This document shows, piece after piece, positions 38,761 to 53,492 of a DNA stretch of 64,000 bases (within the stretch, counting starts at the first letter, position 1; every line of letters starts with the position of its first letter). The translations under genes and the position numbers were made by a program. The DNA comes from Lingula anatina (taxonomy: Eukaryota; Animalia; Brachiopoda), in contig CM120644.1 of NCBI GenBank assembly GCA_051362555.1, positions 18,932,534-18,996,533 of the forward strand. Reading direction: 5' to 3'. The notes under the pieces are model-generated. The model was not told where the DNA came from. It was given only the letters and a program-made list of their open reading frames with translations, and searched no databases.

Positions 38761-40907
38761 TAAACCTGAACGATATATACATGAAAGTTCTCAAACACGA
38801 GTCTGAAAATTCCCGCACCGTTAGCTTACGGCTAACCTGGTCGAAGGCCTTCATCAGACTGAACGATATAAATTACAAATAAATAAGAAATAATCATTAT
38901 TATACAGGGTGATATTCTGGCTTATGTTCTGTCTCAACATGATTGCGACGTCTTCCACAAAATTGATGGTAATGTGTTAGGTGTGACAAGCCGTTAACCG
39001 CTGTTGATTGTAGGCCAAAACAAACTAATTTTAACATTTTATTTTTCTAAAAATGCCGATATAGGAATTTCATTGCACCTCTCTTGGTGCTTTTTCTTCC
39101 TCATCTACGGATCTGAGTTACAAGATCCTTCTATACAAATGTAGAATTTAGTTGTTCATATCTAACATGTAGTATTACTTGCAAGGTGAACTACCAATGC
39201 GCAAGACTCAGTGCGTTTTATCTATTTGTGTCCTACACCAAAACGTAACGTAATAACGCCAAATATTATCCACTATTTCATGATTAGGCCACTTATTCAA
39301 TGCCAGATTTAGAGTCTAAGGGGGTGACGTGTGTCTCACTTTTACGTTTTGTTTCCCAGATGTCTTTTCTCCTCCCTCCCCCCCCCCCAAAAAAAAAATA
39401 ATAATAAATAAATAAATAAAAATTAAAAGAAAAAAAAAGAGGCTAAAGGAAAAAATTTTATGAGAAATCTGAAGAGGGGCTGGTCCTCCCGTATACGTAC
39501 ATGAGTGTGTGACAAAAAGATAATAATATCAATTAAAAAATTATAACAAGCAAAACGAAACAAATCCAAGATGTTTTACCGTCACTGTGCCCTACATATG
39601 AGAATAGAATTGCCTTCCTCTACTGTTTTATATCCAATGTTTATAACCACGTCAACTATCAAACAGCTTTGTTTTGACGTGACACGGCGAGTGTCTCCTC
39701 TCTATGTCGAGGTAGATTCTACTGTATTTTGAATAAGACTGGCGGTAGGTTGTGTCTCACGACAACCATGACTGAATTTTTACCGCGTTCGCTTTTTATT
39801 TGTGTTGCACCACGATTAACACGCTTATCTATTCCATATATTAATGGCAGGTTAATTTTCACGAGACTGGACACAGGTAACTGCTAAATCTCTACCTGTA
39901 GTAAAAAAATTTAAGATATCAGTGACACATTTTATTTTTAGAAACGGAAAAAATGAGTACGCTTTCAGTTGAATAACCAAAATAAAGTCAACAGGTAAAT
40001 TATTGCATTTGGATTGCGTGGAAAATTAAAAATGCAATCTTCCTTGAATTTGATTTTTTTTCTCAATTTCTTTATTATTCGAATAATCTTGTTAGCTAAA
40101 TCTTATTGATGAATTGATAATTCAATATGGACATGAAAGTTATGGAAATTTCATAACAGTTAAATACCACATCCTTGCGATCTAACGTTAAACAAATTCT
40201 CTCTCTCGCTCAAAATCAGCAGAGCCACAGGCAAAATGCAATAAAAGCATAGGAATATGACTTATTTATATCTATAAAAAAATCAAATTTCCTATTCGCT
40301 GGAAAATATTAATAAAAGTGATCTTTACAGTACCTCTCGAGGGGAGGGAGGGGCGTACACCGGGGCTCTCGTCAAGAAGTCCTTCTCAGCCTTCTAGCTG
40401 TTACAAAATTCTGCCGAAGGGCGGGTCGAGAAATAATTTATAATGAAAGGAAAGTTGCTTTATTTCTTTCGGTAAATTACATTTGGTAGCTTCAAATATG
40501 TATTATTTTTATCAAATAATAAAATTTAAGATAGCTTAGGTGATCATGATCACCGCTATTTGAAATCTCTGATGTGGACATCACTTCCGGACAGCCTTAT
40601 ATTACTACAGGCAATCTAATTTGCATATAAGAAAAAAAATGCATTTTTTATGGTTTTGAGTCATTTACAGTTTTTATTAATTTTATAAATGACGATGTCC
40701 CTTTACCCTCACAACTTTCCAATCATTTGATCGACAAGCCCTGTTTATGAATTTATTTATATGAATTATAAAACTTCATATCACAGGCGTGAATCACGTT
40801 ATCACGTCCAAGTCATAACATTGTTAAACTAGCGCCAATAACTGCAGTGGAGAATGTAGGTCAATTGCCTGTACAATTCTCCCATAGCATTATTGATTTT
40901 TTCTGGA

Positions 40908-41960
40908 GTGGAACATTTTCGGGAGAGGCGAACGAGAGAGAGAGAGGTATGCATTAAACAGCATAATAAAAAGAAAGCGTGGAGCTTTTATAGTCAGAGT
41001 CTATTACAATCTTTGAGAACAGTACGAAAATAGCAAACTTTTGCAGTTTCACTGTGTAGCACTTTGCAGACAACTTGATAATTCTCTATGTCATCTGTCT
41101 CTCCCTAACAATTTGCTGGCCACGTTAACTGTTCAACTCCCGGCAGAAGATGAACCTGCCAACGACAGTTTTGACACACAGGTGTAGGAGCCGCACCCTG
41201 AACTTCAGATCTTAATAGCAATTAACCCTTGCCGTTTCAAGTAACTGGAAACGACAAGGGTGTGCCAAAGTGTAGATGTTTGTTTCAAGTTATCTCTTAG
41301 ACTCAGGGTGAGGAGCCGGGATAGGGCGAGAGGGGAGGAGGGGGGGGGGGGCGCGCTTAACTCTTTCACAACCAACTGCGTCACCTCTGAGCAGGTGGCG
41401 AATGCGTTCCCTCAGCACTAACCAGTCAATTTATTTAAGAATCATTCACTGTTATTATGCATTTTCAAACTTTAATTAGGGTATATTTGTAACCCATGAA
41501 AGCCACTTTTTATTTACCCGAAAATGAAAAATTGAAGATATTAAAATATAATTTAGTTATTATCTATAAAAAAACATTATTGAATTTTTCGGTCGTGGAA
41601 CATTTGCTGGGAGACCGACGAGAGAGAGGTAATAATTTAACAGAAAATTATAAAGACAGCGTACAGCTGTTGTATTCAGAATCTATAAAAATCTTTTAGA
41701 AAAATGTAAAAATAGCCCACACTTCCACTTTTACCGTGTAGCACTTTGCAGACAACTTGACACCTCTCTATGCCATCTGACTCTCCCTAAAAATTTGTTG
41801 AACAAGCCAACAATATTTTGATACACAGGCGTAGGAGCGGGATGTGTGTGGGGGGGGGGGGGGAGGGGGGGAGGAACTCTTACACTGTCAACTACGTCAG
41901 CCCTGAGCAGGAGGCGGGGGGGGGGGGGGGGGGGGCACATCAAGTGTGTTCCCTCGGCAC
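40908..41960. repeat. Diverged direct duplication (units starting ~40908 and ~41595)
   Basis: Shared gtggaacattt..gggaga..gagagagagg and gtgtagcactttgcagacaacttga..ctctatg.catctg.ctctccctaa blocks, both with poly-G tracts. Confidence 0.75.
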
Positions 41961-42338
41961 CACAGCCTTAATGAAGACAGTGATCGCAGCACTATTTCTA
42001 CCCTGGTCCGGTAACCCAAGACCTTCACTTTTTAATAGGCTTATTTGACATTATTATTATTATTATTAAAACGCTATTTGGGATTTTCTTTCCTTGATCG
42101 ACCTGTAAATACCGTGCAAGACAGTGGCTCATTGATATACTGGTATTGGACGATAACATTGCGACTGAGTTGCGATGGAGTTTTCTGTTAGATATAAATA
42201 AATAAATAAATAAATAAATAAACGGGTGGAGGGTTGACAGCAAAATTATGTTAATGTAGTAAGGATTCGCTTGACTGGTGTCTCAGCCTTCTGATAAAAG
42301 CGGCTGTGCTAATACATTGATTTTATTTGTGCGTGAAA

Positions 42339-42508
42339 CTGGGGGGCGGATCCAGAGATTGTTTCTGGCAGTCTTCCAAATTATCTTTGTTGATGCATCC
42401 TCCAGTTTTGACCGTCTTCCGACAGAAAAAATTAGATACTCGTCAATGTTAACTTGAAAATCTGACCGTCTTCCGGAAAACCCTGAAGACGGTCTCAATC
42501 CGCCCCTG
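42339..42508. mobile_element. hAT-like MITE; an inverted family member lies at 54252-54418
   Basis: GGGGCGGAT...ATCCGCCCCTG termini; reverse-complement similarity to 54252-54418 over the whole length. Confidence 0.75.
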
Positions 42509-42932
42509 AATTCTTCACCCGAAACAAACTTTCTCAATTCAGGACTTATTTTAAAGATATAATTTATTGTATGAAATGAAAGACTTCGTTATCTTTAAGT
42601 AAAAACTACTCATGAACTAAGAAAGACCTGTTCTTTGAAATTCCTCCTTCCCCCGCCCCCTCTTTCTACTGCTACCATTCAAATAAACCGCTTTCAACAC
42701 TTATCGTGTAGTGTGCGTCACAAGTTTTCACTTATTAAAATACATATTTGAAAATATACGTAAATAACATAATGTAAATAACATGTTTTAAAATATGGGA
42801 GAGCAAAAATAATAAGGATCATACTACTACAGTTACTGACAAGGCAACCAGATGATGTCGCTTGTTGAGTGGATTGTTCCTTGTTTCTTTGCCAGAGATA
42901 AAAAAAAATTAAACCAGTTTAAAAAAAACTAT

Positions 42933-43003
42933 TGCATCGGCCGGGAAGCGAACCCGGGCCGCCCGCGTGGCAGGCGAGCATTCTACCACTGAACCACCGA
43001 TGC
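42933..43003 (-). tRNA. tRNA-Gly(GCC), copy B (T-loop A58 changed to C)
   Basis: 71-nt cloverleaf with T-loop TTCGCTT instead of TTCGATT; T-run terminator follows. Confidence 0.9.
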
Positions 43004-43837
43004 TTGATACCTCACTCCCCCCCCCCCCCCCTCATCCCGCCTCTCCCCCCATCCCCTTTAAACCGCGGTGTTCAACGGTTGTCAAAGCCTGGGTCCGGTT
43101 GGGTAACACTTTAAAGATATCACAAGATATTAAAAATTGAGCAACCAATGTTTCTTTTATTTTAAATATCAATAAACATATTTATTTCCGTGGAATGCAG
43201 TGATTTACATAATCACAGGTAGTCCTATCTCTGCTATGGCCACTCATAGATGTACAATGATATCAGACACAGGTATTTGTTTTACGCGTTCAGTGTATTT
43301 TAAACACGGAACATGAATTATATACGTCCTTTAAACAAAAGATGTCCTAAGAGGCATAGTTTTTTATTATTATTTTATTTTAATTTTTGAAACTACTGCC
43401 GACTTTTCCAGCACTGTCCCTTTGGCCAATTATTAATTTCTAAATTTGTGTTATTTAAAGGTTATTAAACGAATCATTGCTCGGCCCGTCCTTGTGTTAA
43501 GATTCCATGTTTAATCTAAACCTTGAGATTATAATTTACCTCTAAATGAATGGCCAATGATTTACAACAACACTTTCCTGGCTAGTACATGTAGGTCTAC
43601 ATCCACAAATCACATACTGTACCGGGCACGGCTTCGTTTTCCTTGTATAAGCCACAAGAAATTGGCACGTTTTTATTTTTATTTATTGATTTATTCATTA
43701 TTTCTATTAATTTTTTTTCCTTGTATGGCACCAAATACAAACGATTTTATTTCTGGCTTCAAGTTGTGAGAAGTCACGGCTACCTCCATGACTGAGAAGT
43801 TTAGAGGAATCCACTTGCAGTCCATGAAAGTAACGCT

Positions 43838-44091
43838 GGATTCCCATCCCTAGATCGATCTAACAGGATCGGTTCCTGTCCACGGGGTTTCTCGCTAAAT
43901 TCCTTTCAGCTTAAGTGGCTTAGTTGTCTGAGACGCCTACTGAAGCTGCTAAACGATAGTTAATAAATAAATCAGCTTCAGTGGGCGTGACAGGCATCTA
44001 ATTAAGCCGCTTAAGTTAATTGCAATTAAGCGAGAATCCCCTTGGAGATAGTTCGATCCAAAGTTAGTACGATAGGGTCTGGTAATGGTCT
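43838..44091. mobile_element. Palindromic Harbinger-like MITE
   Basis: Internal arms cagcttaagtggctta..cctactgaagctg / cagcttcagtgggc..taagccgcttaag; right end followed by TAA; absent from block A. Confidence 0.6.
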
Positions 44092-47000
44092 CTAAGGTAC
44101 CAGTATCAATAATTTCTATCTTCATTATGTGTATTGTACAAGCTTTTGCCACCCACCCACTTTCCGGTAGCTTAATGTCCTCAGCCATTTTGGAGAAGGG
44201 ATTATAAATAGGCTATATCAGGGACAGAAATCATGCAGGTCAGAGATAGCCAAGTCATGTTCAAGTAAACGGTTTCCTTTTTTTAGGATTTTAGGAGCTT
44301 TTGAAGTTGGCACTGCGGCGCATCTTTAGAATAAAGAAATAAATTATAAGATAGGCCCTGTAATAACTTGTTCCTACCTGCTCTTTAGGGCCTACAAGGA
44401 GGTCACCTAATTTGTTATGTTCTTAATTTTTCGAAAATTCCATTTGTTTTCAGTATTTCAGACATTCTGTGTCATTTACATCTTGGACCTAAATATCTCT
44501 ATTTAGGTCCAAGTTTACATGTAACATGTAGCGGCCAGGGTGGTTTCTTTGCGGAGTGTTTACTCTTAATTTTTTTTTTTTTTTTTTTTTGCATCTCCAA
44601 ACAGGGCTTGGCAAAATTAATAAATAACAATGCAGTTCTTTAAAAAAATGCATAAATGAGTTCTGACGAAGCAGAAGCGCGAAAGTCCGCTGAAAGGCAG
44701 GTGCAAGGTAAAAACACAATCACGGTTGAGACACCGAGGCGTCCTTGGCTAACCTCGCGTCAGGTCCGATAATTTACGAGATTCAAAACGTGAATGGAAC
44801 CTGTGTGCTTGTTTTCTGCACTTGTCGCACCCGGTTAGACTGCCAGCCGTGCCTGGTATGGGGTCCTGGGTTATAGTAGATGATAGGACAGAACGTACGG
44901 CAAAAACTTGGGTGTAGACGACGGTGGTCTAACGTAAGTTTACGCACTATCACTGTGTTCTCTGTACACTTAGCCTAGGCCTAGATCTAACAGTGACAGC
45001 AATGTACTGTAGTAGCCTTGTAAGTTACAGGGCGTGTCTACAGTCACGGCTTACCACGTGGGTGCGTTGAATTTGCTTATCTGTTCCTTTTCTGTCGTGA
45101 TTACATATAATATTTTTATGCCTTTATGTGCCTGATTTGTGGCAATATTGCTGTCTTGACAAATAAGATATTATCGTTAATGTCTTTAATTATTTTAATT
45201 AATTAAAATTTTTATAAATGTAAGTTCAATAGAAGAATCTGTATTCTTTGCACTGGTATATAACTTCTACAAGTTACAACAGGGCCCCGTATCTCGAAAG
45301 CTTTGCTTATGGTGAGCGGGCACAAGCATGGCAATTCCTCGCTATCCCATATCTCAAAAGCCTTGCAAATTGCGACCGTGCCGAATACCGAAGTCACCAT
45401 TTGTTTCGAAGGTATTATTTGCGGCAATACAAACTAGTCACAATGGCCTCTGCATATGCATTATTCGTCATTTTAATGTCTTTCATGTAATTAAACATGG
45501 TGGCAAGTTTGGGTTGCTAGTCATAATAGCATATAACAAAACATATAACAAAAACATGGAAGCTTATAATAGATTGAATCACTCGGTACCTCTGATAGAA
45601 AAACTTGCAGTAAATATTCACGTGAAGAATGCTAAAGTCATGCTCATGTACAAAACATGAAATGTGGCAAGTTTTATGATAAATGGAATGTGAAAAGCCA
45701 GAAATGGGGAAACCATGGTAACAGGTAATTGCATGGTCTCCTTCCCTTTCTCCACAAAGAAAAACTCACCAGTAAGCACCTCTTGTGTTTCTTTTGGGTT
45801 TAAGTAATTTTTGTCTTGTTGACCAGTTGCTGTAATTTTCCCACTTCTCTCACATTACATCACAAAATGCACCTCAAGTAGTTACAGCCTACTGATGTGC
45901 CTAATATAGCTTTATATAGATACAGATATTAAGAGCGCATCCATGAGAAAGCCAGACAGATCAGTCAGAAGGCGGCAAGGTGGGGGTCAGCAGATTTTAA
46001 TAATTTTTGGTGTGGTAAACCATCAACATAAAAGATATTGTGAGCCACTGGCTTTCTTATTTTGGATCATTAGTTTTAGAGATATGGGGGCAGATCTTTT
46101 ATTGGCAATTTTGCCAAAATATAGCATTTTTTAGCTGTTGAAAAGTTATAATTTTAAATATTCTTTTAAAAAATCATGTACATCATAAGGATTTATTTAG
46201 GTAAGCCACATGATAGGTTAAGGAAAGATCTTTAATACCCAGTACAGATTTTTTGAAAAGGCACTGTCATGACCACACAAGGTTGATTCTAATAAGGCAT
46301 GTTTTCCGTATGCATGACCCCCTCCCCTTCCTTAAATGCACACAACTTCTTTTTTGCAGGTTGTATCCATATAATTTTGGTTTGTGCTGATAGAAAAGGG
46401 TTGAAAAATAAATTTTGTAAAATAAAATCTGTGTTAAACCTTGTAAAATAAGAACTATAACAATTTTAAAAAGGGCCTAAAAACGAATATTTTTATACTA
46501 ATTAAATGCTAAACTGTTTCTTCAACTAAATTAATAAGTCAAAACCATGTATAGGTTTGTGAAAAGCCCTTAAAATAATTATGTTTGCCCTGCAGACGAC
46601 CTTATGAAGCGAAAATACATTTTTTAATTTGTTTATGTTGTTGAAACTAAATGTCAAATAACGATGCTAACTCTGTGATCTATTTTCAACATGGCGGGTA
46701 CTAGGATTATCACCGGAGTAACTGTGGAGCAAAGCACATCGTCTTCACAGTGTTAAAACATAATACTTTCTTAAATTTATGAAGAACATGCACTAGAGAT
46801 GCTTAGATACATCTCAGAAGGATTGGTGTGCACCAGAATATAACAAGAAATGACCATAGCAGCTGGTCGTCCTTAGAATGTGCATTTTTGGTTGAACCAC
46901 TTCAGACTGTTGTCAGGCTTGGGTTCCTCAATATATCCATCTCATCGATTTAGCTCTGGATGTTTGTTGTAAGGGTAGTGATCAGTGGTGGCATACATAT

Positions 47001-48319
47001 ACTAGAATCAGGTACACTAAAAACTCAAACCAGTTTAAATAATAAGTTTGAATATTATTCAGTAATATAAAGAATATAAGCAAATTTAAAAGACATACTG
47101 GTATATTTCAATTCACAGAGTTTTACTTGATTTCTGTTTCATGGTAAACATGTATGCTGAAAAGAATTAACTGTGTAGCTAACTTATGAAGTATATTTTT
47201 GCATTAAATTCTAGGGCTTTGTTACATGTGTTATCATAAGACAAACAGCTAGTTTTAACTTTAAAAAGACTATACTGAGCTTGAAGACAGCTTCATAAGA
47301 AAGGATGAGTGCGAATAACCATTGGCAAAGTGCCCATCGTCAAAATTTTTTTAAAATTTGCTGTTATAAAGATTATACATATGTTGGTTGTGTGGTAAAA
47401 TATTATTTGGTTTGAGGCATCGTAACTTAGTATTTTAATGAGTTGTATGTGGGGGGGGGGGGTAGCCGGATTTACCTGTTGTATGCAGTCTAATGAATCA
47501 GAGCAACTTGTTTCAGCATATATATTACATAAATGATTTTTTTGTCTAATGAACCTTGTCTTGTGATGTAAAAGAGTTATATGTTAAATAATTGTGGTGT
47601 GGCACAAGTAAATGAGAAAGTAATTATGTTTTCTTTTTTTTATCCTAGAGAAGATAGGGAGGGGTGGCATATTACGGTATTTTCTCACAGAAGCCATCAC
47701 TGATTTCACTTAACTGTATAAAAGTCTTGTAACTAGAAAAACTTGTTTCAGTGTATTTGTTAATTTTATATAACTTTTCTCACAGACCAGCATTTGTTGG
47801 TCTAAATAATTGTATTTTTAACCAATACACACTTTGTACAAGGCTCTAAGGAATAGTAAAAAATGCTAAAAGCAAAAGGCTCTTACAGTAACAACAAAAA
47901 AATCATGTGTAAAAGCACTCTAAACAGCTATTTGGAATGTTTCCATTAACCATAAAATAAACAAGGTTTAAATTATACCAAAATAATAATAAGGTATAAC
48001 TAAAAACTAAATGAAAATATATAACACATAATAACAGTTATGGCCAATAATCTGTATGACAATGAAATTAAATCACCTAAAAAGTACTTCATATATGATT
48101 ATGTATGTGATAAAGACATTGTATAGAATGCAATGCAAGAGTTATTTTATACAAAATATACAAATATGAGTATAAAAAAATGTATAAAGAAACAAAAGAT
48201 AATTAATCAGATATGCTGTCCAAAATGCTTTTTGTCTCACTAATACTGTCACCACTTGATGTTGGTAAATGTGAGGTATCCAAACAGCCTTCTCCACAAC
48301 ATAATTTTCGATTGTATCC

Positions 48320-48610
48320 CTGCCTCATAGCAAACCCCATATACCACAGGACTGAAGTGATATGTGCACAACTTCCAACTGTCTTGGAACCAGCTTTACA
48401 CTGTCAGTACCAGACACTGATGGGTCTAGTTTTGCTATGGGAGGTCTGAATCCATAAGGTGTACTGGTGGCAATAGATGTGTGCCTTAATTAACTATTTA
48501 TGCTCTGATTAAATCAGGTGCATCCTTGCATACACTGATATCAAACTGGCCATCTAGCAGATGCTCATCAGTATATTGGCTAGCTTCTTTTATCTGGTAA
48601 ACTCCATGGT
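48320..48610 (-). pseudogene. Transposase C-terminal remnant with SWIM zinc finger
   Basis: YQIKEASQYTDEHLLDGQFDISV...LIR...YTLWI...WY*QCKAGSKTVGSCAHITSVLWYMG. Confidence 0.75.
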
Positions 48611-49813
48611 AATTATTATAAGCTGGTGGTCTCTTGTTGGACTATTTACCAAGTCGATAGGTTTTCACAGATTTCCTTGACAAATAAAGCTATATAAAAT
48701 AGCATTTTGGTGAAAATAAAAGAAAAAAAAAACTCTGCAAAGCTATTATGAATAGTGCTGTTGTGGAAGATTAGGTCATAAGTAACAAAACTAGGGTGTG
48801 TGTGATGGATCCTTTTATTTTACTTTTTATGCAAAATAGATGTAAAAGGGGATATTTACACAACAATTTTGGTTGTACAAAATGCCCTTTCATGCCCATT
48901 AGAGGGGGTTGAGTCAAGCCACCTTTATGTGTAGAGGTCTATTACAGCATGGGTCTCTATATAAAATATGAGCCACCACAATGTACATCTGCTATGATGC
49001 TAATTAATATAACTTTGAATATCTGAAGCACATTTTACATTTAATCTTTCTTAATCCTAAGAAATAAGAATCAAAGTATGATATACTTACTGTATTTGGA
49101 CTCTATTTCCTATCCATATTTCCCCCCCCCCCCCTCCCTTTTTTTTTTGGATAGCATGCATTACATGAAAATGACTTTTCTTTTTTTGGTTGTAATTGAA
49201 AATATTTTACTGACTCTATTTTTCTTTCAAAGACCTACATTTCATTTTGGGTTGTTCTTTTTGTACAAAAGTTTCACTGTATCTGCCTAGCCATCCTATG
49301 TAGCAACTACCTCATGGCAGGAATAAACATGGCCGCCTGCTAGCATATGGACTGAAAATGTCCCCATTTAGTTTGAGTACATATCGAGCCCAACCCTCAG
49401 ACAAGCTGATTTTCACATATATCTCACCTTATATTCATATCTTTTCAACCGTGAATAATTAGCTTGTCTGAGGCAGGGGCTCATATAAAAAATGAACATC
49501 TTTTATCCTCAAGTCACTGTAAGATTCTTCTTTCAATCAGCACTACATTTAAGAATAAAGCAATCAAAATATTGATCACAAGCAGTGATTGGCCACTTAT
49601 TGCCTTTCTTTTTTACACTGGCACCTTCTGTACCCAATTACAAAATTTCACAGTTGTCACCTTACTATAACTAAAGATATGTAGCATTACAATTCAGACC
49701 CCCCCTAAAACACACATTTTCATGAATATTTGACAAGGTCATTTTGCTATTAATTTTTATGTACAGACACAGATGTGTCTGTACATATAGCCATCATCTG
49801 CGTCTGTCGTCGC

Positions 49814-49847
<34 letters not shown>

Positions 49848-51782
49848 GTGCACTTTTACCGATAACACGATAAGTGGAAAACCATTTTGCCTTTTGATTT
49901 GAAACTTGCAGAACTGATGAATATTCATAATACGCAGGTCAAGTTCGAAAATCAGCATGATCGGGTCACTCTTAGGGAATTTATGCTGTTTTTTCACTTT
50001 TTTCAACATATATGCAGCACCGATAACACGATAAGTGGAAAACCATTGTACCTTTTGACTTGAAACTTACAGAACTGATGAATATTCATAATATGCAGGT
50101 CAAGTTCGAAAATCGGCATGATTGGACCATTTTTAGGGAATTTATGCTGTTTTTTCACTTTTTCAGCATATATGCAGCACTGATAACACAGTAAGTGGAA
50201 AACCATTTTACCTTTTGGCTTGAAACTTACAGAACTGATGAAAATTCTTAATACGCATGTCAAGTTCGAAAATCAGCATGATTGGGCCATTTTTAGGCAA
50301 TTTATGCTGTTTTTTCACTTTTCAATATAAATGCAACACTGATAACACAATATAAGAAAAACGGATTGGCCAATTGGCATTATATTCACAGGAGTGGTCA
50401 ATCTTACTAAAATGCAGGTTGAGTTCGAAAATCAGCATAATCGGGCCATTATTTTAGAAGTTATACTGTTTTTTCACATTTCCTCAGATTCAATTATTAG
50501 GCATGTTAACAGTCTCATTATTGAACTAATTAGATGCGTAAAAGTGTTTGTTTGATATTTCCTGCATCTTTATAACATTGTTAGTTGATTATGTAAAAAA
50601 ACATGGTAAACTTGTTATCATGTATTGTGTAATAAAGTGTCAAAAATGGAAATAAACTCATATCATTGCAGTTTGTCAGATTCAATCATCCACTATGTTC
50701 AGAATCTCAGAATGGAGGAAATTGGACATTTAACACTGTTCTATTGATACTTTTCCCATCTCATCAATTTTCTTAGTTGGTCATATAAAAATGGCAGTAA
50801 AATGTTTATTTTGTTTTATGTTAAAAAAGTGTTAAAAATGGAAATAAACCCATTTCAGGACAGTGCTGTCTTGTTTACATTTTGGCATTTTCAAGATGTG
50901 ACTTTGAAGTTCCATGGGCCTGAAGACCTTTGCTTGTCATGTTTTCTGAATGTCCATGTTACTAATATTTTATTAATAACATTTGATGGTTATTATGCTA
51001 TTAAACATTATGTAACGTTGCATCAAAATTTGAAGAAACCCCTATTTAGGGCACTGCTCCTATGATGACCATTTAAGGGAAAACATGTCACTTGCTGTTC
51101 TCAAACTTACAAGAAAGAAACATGGGTCTAACATACAGCCTCAGTAGGCAATGCAGTCTGTTTGGTAAATTTTTCTGGCAATTTAACAGTTTTTTGTGAA
51201 AATTTAATTTTTCACTTATTGACATTTTCAAGGTGCGACTTAGAACCTCCACGGGCTTGAAGACCCTTGCTAGTCACATTTTCTGAAAATCCATGACACG
51301 TATATTTTATCATTTAAAATTGATGGTCATTATGCTGTTAAGCATTATGTAATGTTGCATCAAAATAGAAGAAAACACAATATTTGGTGCTGCTGCCATG
51401 ATGACCATTATGGGAAAACGGTGTTACTTATTACTGTCAAACTTTCAAAAAAGAAACACAGGACTAAAATGCAGCCCGAGTTGGAAAAGCAGTCTAATTG
51501 GCTTCTTTTTCTGGAAGTTATACACTTAGTGAAATATTCATTATCTTTTTGGCATATTCATTGTGGGACTCAGAGCTCCCATGGACATGAAGCCTAATGG
51601 TAATCAAATTTTCTACATGTCCATGCTATTTATAGACAATAATCAAAAATTGGTGATAATTATTCTATAATTTATTATGTAATGTTACATCAAAATTGAC
51701 AATAATCTTTTTGCACTGCTACTGCAAACATTATGAAAAGAAAACTGTGTTACTTATTATTATATGTAACTTATAAGTACGA

Positions 51783-53492
51783 TTTTTATGTACAGACACA
51801 GATGTGTCTGTACATATAGCCATCATCTGCGTCTGTCGTCGTCGCCGTCGTCGCCGTCGTCGTTGCCGTGCACTTTTACCGATAACACGATAAGTGGAAA
51901 ACCATTTTACCTTTTGACTTGAAACTTGCAGAACTGATGAATATTCATAATACGCAGGTCAAGTTCGAAAATCAGCATGATCGGGTCACTTTTAGGGAAT
52001 TTATGCTGTTTTTTCACTTTTTTCAGCATATATGCAGCACCGATAACACGATAAGTGGAAAACCATTTTACCTTTTGACTTGAAACTTACAGAACTGATG
52101 AATATTCATAATACGCAGGTCAAGTTCGAAAATCAGCATGATTGGGCCATTTTTAGGGAATTTATGCTGTTTTTTCACTATTTTCAATATAAATACAACA
52201 CTGATAACACAATATAAGAAAAACGGATTGGCCAATTGTAATTATACTCACAGGAGTGGTCAATCTTACTAAAACGCAGGTTGAGTTCGAAAATCAGCAT
52301 AATCGGGCCATTATTTTAGAAGTTATACTGTTTTTCACATTTCCTCAGATTCAATTATTAGGCATGTTAACAGTCTCATTATTTAACTAATAAGATGCCT
52401 AAAAGTGTTTGTTTGATATTTCCTGCATCTTTACAACATTGTTAGTTGATTATGTAAAAAAATATGGTAAACTTGTTATCATGTATTGTGTAACAAAGTG
52501 TCAAAAATGGAAATAAACTCATATCATTGCAGTTTGTCAGATTCAATCATCCACTATGTTCAGAATCTCAGAATGGAGGAAATTGGACATTTAACACTGT
52601 TCTATTGATACTTTTCCCATCTCATCAATTTTCTTAGTTGGTCATTTAAAATGGCAGTAAAATGTTTATTTTGTTTTATGTTAAAAAAGTGTTAAAAATG
52701 GAAATAAACCCATTTCAGAACAGTGCTGTCTTGTTTACATTTTGGCATTTTCAAGGCGTGACTTTGAAGTTCCATGGGCCTGAAGACCTTTGCTAGTCAC
52801 ATTTTCTGAATATCTGTGATACTAATATTTTATGAATAAAAATTGATGGTCATTAAGCTGTTAAACATTATGTAATATTGCATCAAAATTTGAAGAAACC
52901 CCTATTTTGGGCACTGCTTCCATGATGACCATTTAAGGAAAATCATGTCACTTACTGTTCTCAAACTTACAGGAAAGAAACATGGGACTAAAATACAGCT
53001 TCAGTAGGCAATGCAGTCTGTTTGGTATTTTTATTTATTTATTTATTTATTTTTTTGGCAGTTTAACAGTTTTTTGTGAAAATTTAATTTTTCACATATT
53101 GGCATTTTCAAGGTGTGACTTTAAAGTTCCATGATCTTGAAGACTTTTGCTTGTCACATTTTCTGAATGTCCATGTTACTAATATTTTATTAATAACATT
53201 TGATTGTCATTATGCTGTTAAACATTATGTAATGTTGCATCAAAATTTGAAGAAACCCCTATTTTGGGCACTGCTCCTATGATGACCATTTAAGGGAAAT
53301 CATGTCACTTACTGTTCTCAAACTTACAGGAAAGAAACATGGGTCTAACATACAGCTTCAATTGGCAACACAGTCTGTTTGGTAAATTTTTCTGGCAATT
53401 TAACAGTTTTTTGTGAAAATTTAATTTTTCACTTATTTGCATCTTTATTTTCTGTTCTTTGTCTGTACATTTGACAGCTTTGCTGCCTTGTT
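51783..53492 (+). mobile_element. HINE-like element, copy 3, nested in copy 2
   Basis: Complete 5' and 3' ends; flanks aagtacgat..taggattggcatgc rejoin to the sequence seen uninterrupted at ~22062-22090. Confidence 0.88.
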
